Positions 58,301 through 64,000 of a DNA stretch of 64,000 nt are shown one piece after another. Position 1 is the stretch's first letter, and every line of letters begins with the position of its first letter. Where the stretch lies: positions 21,023 through 85,022 of the forward strand of contig JAGXLI010000001.1 in the NCBI GenBank assembly GCA_018334755.1, written 5' to 3'. The position numbers and the translations under genes are program-made. Origin of the DNA: Thermoplasmatota archaeon (GTDB taxonomy: Archaea > Thermoplasmatota > Thermoplasmata > Halarchaeoplasmatales > Halarchaeoplasmataceae). The notes beneath the pieces were generated by a model that saw nothing but the letters and a program-made list of their open reading frames with translations, did not search any database and was not told the origin of the DNA.

Positions 58301-59776
58301 AGTATGCAGGTAATGATACCAGGCGCCCATCACGACCAGTGAGGGTTGGTCCAGTTCTGGCCCGGCCTGCTGATCGGGGAGATAATCTACTGCGCCGACA
58401 GCCTTTCCATCTGGGTTATAAGATTGGAGCCATCCCCCGTCGTCCTCTTGTACCGAAGCCATGAACTCGTAAAATTTACGTGCTTCTTCATGATAGCCCG
58501 CGGAGTCATAGGTCCAGGCGATATACGTCCCGTCACGGGGCCAGCTCTGTTTATATTCCGGTTGGATCAAAGGAGAGGCGGGGATGTGTCCGAGCTTTTC
58601 ATTGAAATTACCCCGCATGGTGATGAGTGCTCGTCGATAAACTCTTTCGGTAGTTTCATTGAGACCCGATGGGATCTTCGCCTTAGATATCCAATCCTTC
58701 CACCAATCCGTGGTCTCGGTCCTGAGCGAGTCCCAACCTTTCTCTCTTGCCATAGACAAACGCTCTAAAGATTCGGTCTTGTTTTTACCCATGGAGAAGA
58801 AAAGGGTCACCTCTTCGTTTTCCTCTGGGGCCAGTTCTCCCAGATCGAATTCCATATAATCGTTTCCTTTTCCAGTGGTCAAGTTCTCGTTGTCTTGTAG
58901 ACCCTCTTGGACGGCATCGTAGGCGCTGTCCCCGCCCCAGTCCCCTAAAAAGAGTTTGCTTATGTTCCTGTCCGAACCGATGGACAATGTGAAGGGATCA
59001 TCACCGTTCGGACCGGTATAAGTTATCGCGTCTTTAGATCCATTGTAGGTGATATCGTTCTGCCATCGGGGGTCGATGATCCCCTGTTTGGGCCAGTGAA
59101 AATTGGTTTCCTGGCTGTATATATCGAATGTGAAGTAATGGCCGTCCTGCTCCGGAGCATTTCCCTGTTTAGCTCTGTTCAGGTTGAACTGTGAATAATA
59201 TGTGAGGTTGAAAAGCGCTTCTATATCCCGCTCGTTGGTGAGATCGAAATGCTGGACCAGGACCGGTTCGTGTTTATAGGCGAAGGCAGTATTTTTTAAA
59301 GTATAGTTAGATGTTTCATGCTTCATATCTACGATCATAGAGTCCTCCCTGAAGGACATCTCGTGATCGGAGGCGTTACTCACCCATCTATAATCATCGT
59401 TCATCCTGACGCCGGGCCTTCCTCCCATCCATTCTTTGTGGGATGAGATCCTGGGCGGTTCTCCATACTTGTTCTCGTAACCGGCGTGACTAGAGTTGTA
59501 TTCCATGTGAGCGTAATAGCCGACCCATGGGTACATGAAATTCTGCATAGTTCCTTGGGCGTCGAAAGAGGCACTGAGAGAACGGGAATTGCTGACCACT
59601 GCGTAACTGTCGCAGGCGCCGAAGGCAGAGGCGGTATAGTCCTTGTCCTGAAGCTCGTTTTCCTTTTCAGGATCGTTCTCCGATTCTCCCTCGACGTTGA
59701 TACCTGGTAAAAGCAGAGATGTCAATATAACTGCTGTCACTACACAGATCTTGACATTCTTTTTCATCGTGCTCAA
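55373..59776 (-). CDS. large (1467 aa) membrane-anchored surface protein with an N-terminal GH15 (glucoamylase-like, alpha/alpha6 barrel) domain, Ig/FN3-like repeats, a C-terminal TM helix and a long acidic tail
   Basis: Signal peptide. KQSWPRDGTYIAWTYDSAGYHEEARKFYEFMASVQEDDGGWLQSYNPDGKAVG fits the GH15 WxRD plus G.W.Q.Y..DG region. Then come at least 5 beta-sandwich repeats (..NYS..VTFRKKIEIPSDA..L.Y). The C-terminus is DYWWFIPLIVILLIILIAMLAM followed by a roughly 100-aa D/E-rich tail. Confidence 0.7.
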   Translation of the reverse strand: MSTMKKNVKICVVTAVILTSLLLPGINVEGESENDPEKENELQDKDYTASAFGACDSYAVVSNSRSLSASFDAQGTMQNFMYPWVGYYAHMEYNSSHAGYENKYGEPPRISSHKEWMGGRPGVRMNDDYRWVSNASDHEMSFREDSMIVDMKHETSNYTLKNTAFAYKHEPVLVQHFDLTNERDIEALFNLTYYSQFNLNRAKQGNAPEQDGHYFTFDIYSQETNFHWPKQGIIDPRWQNDITYNGSKDAITYTGPNGDDPFTLSIGSDRNISKLFLGDWGGDSAYDAVQEGLQDNENLTTGKGNDYMEFDLGELAPEENEEVTLFFSMGKNKTESLERLSMAREKGWDSLRTETTDWWKDWISKAKIPSGLNETTERVYRRALITMRGNFNEKLGHIPASPLIQPEYKQSWPRDGTYIAWTYDSAGYHEEARKFYEFMASVQEDDGGWLQSYNPDGKAVGAVDYLPDQQAGPELDQPSLVVMGAWYHYLHTENKTWLKNYYNETIKPAASYLTERIWDNDLLVPHCDYNERPFEWSQSFWSNTLAVAAWNRTREIASILGKDEQFRDELMNASSRVYQGIEEHLWDENESVYLQRIVYNQTDNDIDPMPDPPSSPDDEHYYTYPNGGLDWVPSMWWLDVHSPDDPRIKDTFEYSTAHDPSPGPGWNFTHDWTNRYLYLSFYCTRAGRRNVSDRYMWRAMQARSPLNYLPETTKDYGDGRLGQAYRGGSTANPLTWTHATFVQAILDYYLKPKITDNSQKSAETGMNYTFNATVKDEMKIDHTHVNYSVHKEDGGITTKNIPMDIQSSDRLGEVTFRKKIEIPSDAEKLTYRIVTEDESSNMNRTEEVEVPVDDIEAPKIFDKSSTDMTTGDDHVFEASASDNIEVSEVLLNYETDVTDEKNLTMNRTGPGRYSKEISVPSSATELNYTIRAKDLSGNWNSTEMYRREVIDDDKPFIEDKSPGMEGGGENEYVVKIDAKDNIEVSDVYLNYWFDDREYKNISVEKTGSDIYGTVLEIPDDANKLSYYANVVDSSQNWNRTEVMTTDFTSPRIFDRSSSEAKTGMDFTFEAVVDDEDEIDDVFLNYGFDNESINNITLEKIGLHTYQSIEEVPEDASSLKYHFSAVDENQNWKETKVKNTDVIDVIAPSSSASLEKGLGEYTNSTNFMVDFTADDNRELSKVTLHYRVDGREWKDFESLNISGAGTEGIFNFTASEKDGLYEFCTAAEDSSGNLEEIIVDNSTSVYVDTSAPSIEVIKPVKGSLLSNESVSVDWEGEDPGSGIERYEVCIDGEGWIDTGTATRHDFTNLSEGNHTVRVKAVDEVGNSGTERIDFKIESAEDDGNGEDSESRSDEDRTLSDYWWFIPLIVILLIILIAMLAMRRKEREEESEDIGFEENDEDRPDDETSYFEDEESKSLEDDVEEDLDEDLEENSGQSVEEVPPFFYGSGEEKETSDHEENPGEGSRDR

Positions 59777-59884
59777 AAATCAGATGTTGATTATAAATAA
59801 TTTGTGCACTTTGGAGAATTTGTCTGCTTATATCCAAAAATATAAATCTCAAAAAAAGCGGTTAGAGCCCGTGTAAGTTATAAT

Positions 59885-61324
59885 ATGGATGACAAGGAAA
59901 AATCGACAGAGATCAAGGGAGAGCGTAACCGTCTGGTAAGAGCCCTTCCGAGGGCGCTGTCCAAACTCGGCCTGCTTGACGAAAGAAGAGGTACGGAGGC
60001 TTTCAGCCTGGCATGGCCAGTTATAATCACAGGTGGTCTGCGGGTGGCCCTCCGTCTGACCGATTTCTTGATGGTCGGGGTAGCTGTAGGCGCCGCAGGC
60101 GTGGCCGCGCTCGGTTTCGGATTCCAGTTCTTCTTCATCGGCTTCGCACTGGCACTAGCTCTTTCAAGCGGGACCATCAGCCTCGTCTCTCAGCACTTCG
60201 GTGCCGGTGAGTACAAAAAGGCGGATTTCGTGTTAAAGCAGTCTGTCTGGCTCGCTTTAATGATCTCGATACCGCTGATGGTCACTACATGGTTTTATGC
60301 GGAAGATATGATCGCGTTACTCGGGGCCGAAGCCAATGTGATAAGACTGGGCGGCGCCTACCTCAGAGTTTTGATGCTTGGTCTTTTCTTTCGCTTCTTC
60401 TCGATGATAAGCGCCAGAGGTTTCGCCGGTGCGGGGGATACGCGGACTCCCATGTATATCCAGGCCTTCGGCGTGCCCTTCAATGTGATCCTGAACTGGC
60501 TGCTGATATTCGGGATATGGAGATTTCCGGAACTTGGAGTCCTCGGAGCCGGATTGGGTACCGCCATCACCAACCTCTGCGTGGCCGCTATCTTCTTCGC
60601 TCTCATCCTCTCTAAAAGGTTCAAGGCGAGATTGAGGTTGGGAGGAAAGCAGTGGGATTTCACGGTGGTGAAGAAGCTGTTTACGGTTTCGATACCTCTA
60701 TTGAGTATGAGGATGGCGAGGACTCTAGGTAGATTTCCATTTTTGTGGATACTAGCGACTTTTGGTACAGGTACCGTCGCCGCTTTCCAGGTCGGTAGAA
60801 GAGTTCAGTTGATGGCGATGCAGCCCGCCTGGGGTTTCGGTACCGCCGCGAGCACTTTGGTCGGTCAGTCTCTCGGTGCCGAGAAAGAAAGTGAGGCCGA
60901 ATCCTACGGCTGGGATACGTTGAAGATAGCCATCGTTGTCATGCTGCCGATCGGCCTGTTACTGGCGATCTTCGGAGGTCCCATCTCGGGACTCTTTGCA
61001 GACGATCCAGAAGTCATCTCGTTGAGTAAATTGTTCATCTATGTTAACGCGGTAGGAGTGTTAGGCTATGCCGTAAACAGGATAATGCGAGGCGGTCTTC
61101 GAGGAGCCGGAGACACAAGATGGCCGCTCTATGGCAACCTGATAGGGATCTACGGATGGATGCTCCCGGTCTCTTACTTTTTCGGTATAAAGCTTGGTTA
61201 TGGTGTTCCGGCCATCTTCGCCGGGATTTTGGGAAGTCTATTCATCCCGGGTGTGGTCAACCTTATACGCTTCAAGAGCGGAAAATGGAAAGGAGTCAGT
61301 AGACGGTTGAGGGGAGTTGAATAA
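59885..61324 (+). CDS. MATE-family efflux transporter
   Basis: Twelve TM helices with the internal duplication typical of MATE/NorM proteins. Confidence 0.8.
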   Translation: MDDKEKSTEIKGERNRLVRALPRALSKLGLLDERRGTEAFSLAWPVIITGGLRVALRLTDFLMVGVAVGAAGVAALGFGFQFFFIGFALALALSSGTISLVSQHFGAGEYKKADFVLKQSVWLALMISIPLMVTTWFYAEDMIALLGAEANVIRLGGAYLRVLMLGLFFRFFSMISARGFAGAGDTRTPMYIQAFGVPFNVILNWLLIFGIWRFPELGVLGAGLGTAITNLCVAAIFFALILSKRFKARLRLGGKQWDFTVVKKLFTVSIPLLSMRMARTLGRFPFLWILATFGTGTVAAFQVGRRVQLMAMQPAWGFGTAASTLVGQSLGAEKESEAESYGWDTLKIAIVVMLPIGLLLAIFGGPISGLFADDPEVISLSKLFIYVNAVGVLGYAVNRIMRGGLRGAGDTRWPLYGNLIGIYGWMLPVSYFFGIKLGYGVPAIFAGILGSLFIPGVVNLIRFKSGKWKGVSRRLRGVE

Positions 61325-61360
61325 GTATCGAAAAGATTTTTTTAGCGATTTTACTTTATC

Positions 61361-62158
61361 TTGAAAATGATGAGTGGGAAGAGTATCAAGATCGGCACCT
61401 GCGGGTACGGATACTACGAGCCTAATGAGGGATGGAAAGAAAGGTACGAAAGCAAACTTCAAGCATACGCTGACGAATTTGAAACCGGAGAGATTAACAA
61501 GACTTTTTATAAATTACCGATGGTCAAGACCGCTGAAAGGTGGAGGGAAAATGCACGTGATGATTTTGAATTCACTCTAAAAACATGGCAGGCACTGACG
61601 CATCCAACTACGAGCCCGACCTGGCGCAACAAAAAGGATAAACTCTCTGGGTCCCAAAAAGAGAATTTTGGCTACCTGAGACCGAACGACGATGTAGTCG
61701 AAGCATGGGAGAGAACTAAAGAAATAGCCGAAGCTCTAGAAGCCGAGGTTTGCCTTATCCAGACTCCGGGGAGTTTTGAACCCAGAGATGAGAACGAGAA
61801 AAATATGAGGCAGTTTTTCGAAAGGATAGATAGAGAGGGTCTTACAATCGCGTGGGAACCGAGAGGAGAATGGAAAGAGGATCCAGGTAAAGTCAAGGAA
61901 GTCTGTGACGACCTGGATCTGATACATGTCGTGGATATAATGAGGAGAGAGCCCGTGTCCGATCACAGTATCGCATATACGAGATTGCACGGACTCAATC
62001 CCGACGAATACGACTACGCATACGACTATTCAGAAGAGGAACTCCAGGAACTTGCTGAAAAGTTGGAAGAACTGTCCGAAGAACACGGTAAAGTGTACTG
62101 CATGTTCAATAACTACGAGATGTTTGAAAATGCAAAAAAATTGAGAAAGATGGTTTAA
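61361..62158 (+). CDS. DUF72 (UPF0759) family protein
   Basis: IKIGTCGYGYY...WKERYESKLQAYADEFETGEINKTFYKLP...FEFTLKTWQALTH matches the DUF72 N-terminal signature. Confidence 0.8.
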   Translation: MKMMSGKSIKIGTCGYGYYEPNEGWKERYESKLQAYADEFETGEINKTFYKLPMVKTAERWRENARDDFEFTLKTWQALTHPTTSPTWRNKKDKLSGSQKENFGYLRPNDDVVEAWERTKEIAEALEAEVCLIQTPGSFEPRDENEKNMRQFFERIDREGLTIAWEPRGEWKEDPGKVKEVCDDLDLIHVVDIMRREPVSDHSIAYTRLHGLNPDEYDYAYDYSEEELQELAEKLEELSEEHGKVYCMFNNYEMFENAKKLRKMV

Positions 62159-62177
62159 AAGCTGTTTTCAGTGTGAC

Positions 62178-63344
62178 CTAACTACTTTCCTGCTCCTCAA
62201 GTTTCTGCTCCAGCTCGTCTATCCTATCCTTCAACTCTTTTATCTCTTCTTCTTTCTTCTTCCTTGAAGGGACCACCATCTCTTCGTAGGTCTCTTTGAA
62301 GGAGTCTAGAGCCTTCTCTACGATCCCGGAATAATCTTCCAGCGTTTCCTCTCTGAATTCCTCGATCTTTTTGAGCATCTTGGGTTTCTCTTTACCCATC
62401 TTCTTCCAGAAAGCTTCATAAAGATGGTCGTGTTCTTCGAAGCCCTCTGATAACTGTGCTTCAAAATCTTCGGAGAGGACGTCCCAGAACTTCTCAAGGT
62501 TTTCTATCTCCTCGCCACCATATTCGGTGGAGATATCTTTCAATTTCTCCGTGAAATCTTTTCTGAATTCTTCCCAGAGTTCGTAGATACTCTCTTCTCT
62601 ATCTTCCATGAAGTTCCTGGCCTCTTCGAGTTCCTCCCTGATTTCCTCTAACATATCGAACCATAACGTGTAAAGTTCACTGGCATCCTCTTCGGGATTG
62701 GCGATCATCTTCTTGCTCTTGTTGGTGTGTTTCTTTATCGTGTTCAATATATTGTCTTTTCTAAGTTTGAGTTCTATCGGGATCTCACCTAGCTGGAGGT
62801 TCATCTCTTTGACGAAACCTTTCCAAAGGTTCATCAGTTCATCGACGTCTTCCTCCGGTATCTCTTCTCCCGCTAGCTCTTCTATCTTTTTCTGGAGCTT
62901 TCGACTCCTCTCTTTCCACTCCTTTTCCACATCCTTCCAGTATCTTTGTGGTGTGATCTCGAAGTCTTCGAAACCCTTCATAACTTCCTTCTGGAGTTCC
63001 TCCCAAAAGTTCTCCATGTCCTTCGAATCTCCGGTCGCAAAAGTCATCAGTAATTTAGAAGGTGAGAGCATATCCTTTATCGAGCTCTTCTCTTCGGCTC
63101 CACCCGTCCCTTTTTTCTTTGCTGAAATGTTCTCTCGAAAGTCCCCTGAAGCCATCTTTTCCGAAAGGTCGTCCTTCGTCCAGCCGGATTTCACCTCGAT
63201 ACCGGCGCTCTCGACGAGGTCCACCATCTCATCTTTGAGGAACTCGTCTTTGATGTCATTCTGCAGCTCTTCCTTACTTTTGTCTTCTTCATATCTATCT
63301 AGAAATCTCTCTTTTAGTTCATCTATATCAGTCATCGTAATCAC
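62178..63344 (-). CDS. highly charged coiled-coil protein with recurring aromatic [FL]WEEL-type amphipathic motifs; hypothetical
   Basis: 388 aa, about 45% D/E/K/R. Repeated motifs NFWEELQKEV, NLWKGFVKEM, ELWEEFRKDF, KFWDVLSEDF and AFWKKMGKEK. Confidence 0.5.
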   Translation of the reverse strand: MITMTDIDELKERFLDRYEEDKSKEELQNDIKDEFLKDEMVDLVESAGIEVKSGWTKDDLSEKMASGDFRENISAKKKGTGGAEEKSSIKDMLSPSKLLMTFATGDSKDMENFWEELQKEVMKGFEDFEITPQRYWKDVEKEWKERSRKLQKKIEELAGEEIPEEDVDELMNLWKGFVKEMNLQLGEIPIELKLRKDNILNTIKKHTNKSKKMIANPEEDASELYTLWFDMLEEIREELEEARNFMEDREESIYELWEEFRKDFTEKLKDISTEYGGEEIENLEKFWDVLSEDFEAQLSEGFEEHDHLYEAFWKKMGKEKPKMLKKIEEFREETLEDYSGIVEKALDSFKETYEEMVVPSRKKKEEEIKELKDRIDELEQKLEEQESS

Positions 63345-63452
63345 TCCTCTATCTACTTATACAGGAAAAGTAAAGAACTTAATATAATTTTTCAATCAGA
63401 AGATATGCTGATGACGTAAGGATTTGCCTTCATATCTAACAGAATTGAAGGA

Positions 63453-63527
63453 TAGCGGGGAGTGGATTTGAACCACTGATCTCCGGGTTATGAGCCCGGC
63501 GGAATCTCCTGGCTATCCTACCCCGCT
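63453..63527 (-). tRNA. initiator tRNA-Met (anticodon CAU) of archaeal type
   Basis: Hand-folded 75-nt cloverleaf: acceptor AGCGGGG/CCCCGCT with A1:U72, D-stem GGAT/ATTC, anticodon stem CCGGG/CCCGG with three consecutive G:C pairs next to loop CTCATAA, T-arm AGTGG-TTCAAAT-CCACT, discriminator A. CCA is not encoded. ORF 63436..63684 overlaps it and is spurious. Confidence 0.85.
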
Positions 63528-63646
63528 GTAACGTTTCAAAAGTGCTATCTTGTCGGCTCTGGGATTTGCTCATAGCATCCTCTATTTTATAAATCTTTCC
63601 TTTTTCTTTAACAAATTTCTCAAGGCCTTCTATCTGAAGAAATAGA

Positions 63647-64000
63647 TCATCTTTCGTACAATAAGACGGTCTTGAAATCACCATAACCCATGCCGACCTC
63701 TTCCGCCGCCTTCACCACCCGTTCGGAGGCGGTCTTTATCGAATACCTGTCATGATCCCTCTCTATACTCCATTTGAGTCCCAGGTTGAAGAGGTCTTTC
63801 ATGTCTTCGATCGACCCGTTGATGAAGGGGATGCTGAGGGAATCGTACGGCTCGTAGTGATGGAAGAAAGCTAGGCCGTCTCCGGTAGAATAGCATTTAT
63901 CTTTCTTCACTTCTTTCTCGATAAGATCTTCATCAAGGTCGTAGGTGGTCCAGTGCTGCATGTACTGGCCGGCATTTTCTTCAAGTTCTTCCGATGAGAG
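63647..64000 (-). CDS. 5'-truncated hypothetical gene at the window edge
   Basis: The reading frame stays open beyond 64000. No domain recognised in the 118 visible aa. Confidence 0.35.
   Translation of the reverse strand, partial: LSSEELEENAGQYMQHWTTYDLDEDLIEKEVKKDKCYSTGDGLAFFHHYEPYDSLSIPFINGSIEDMKDLFNLGLKWSIERDHDRYSIKTASERVVKAAEEVGMGYGDFKTVLLYER

Noticed and set aside
63436-63684. 82-aa minus ORF
   Set aside because: It overlaps the well-folded initiator tRNA-Met at 63453..63527.

Overview
The window is dense coding DNA, about 50 genes, that looks archaeal. The evidence is one initiator tRNA-Met with an A1:U72 acceptor pair and three G:C pairs in the anticodon stem (minus strand, 63453..63527), AT-rich TATA-like boxes 30-45 bp upstream of many starts, three paralogous winged-HTH+PAS regulators of a type common in methanogen-like Euryarchaeota, and surface proteins rich in N-glycosylation sequons. 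I cannot assign a lineage from sequence alone.

The dominant theme is a cell-envelope island:
- a 3493-aa subtilisin (S8)-anchored giant multidomain surface protein (10146..20627, minus), with CARDB-like and PKD repeats, a single C-terminal TM helix and a tandem-repeat polyacidic cytoplasmic tail;
- a second 1652-aa S8 protease (27224..32182) carrying three near-identical 720-bp tandem units, each encoding a PKD domain plus a GEVED-like domain;
- a 1467-aa membrane-anchored protein with a GH15/glucoamylase-like N-terminal domain;
- a HExxH metalloprotease with FN3-like domains;
- a NosD-like beta-helix protein and a PQQ beta-propeller protein.
Three of these share a novel-looking C-terminal anchor, YWW[LF] followed by a TM helix and an acidic tail.

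Other content:
- an oxidative-stress cluster (ferritin-like protein, DUF302 protein, OsmC) and adjacent msrA and msrB;
- two ABC-2 transporter sets, an MFS transporter, a MATE transporter and an MscS channel;
- a UbiA/MenA-like prenyltransferase, a DUF389 protein, a DUF72 protein, a GalT-like HIT protein and an AP-superfamily phosphodiesterase;
- a SagB-type nitroreductase, an SDR, an M29 aminopeptidase, an isochorismatase, an ACT-domain regulator and an AbrB-like protein;
- a Ras-superfamily small GTPase with a C-terminal extension;
- a CBS x4 protein with an HPF/YfiA-like C-terminal domain.

No transposases, integrases or CRISPR arrays were seen. Coordinates I derived myself, as opposed to ORF-track coordinates, may be off by 1-2 nt.
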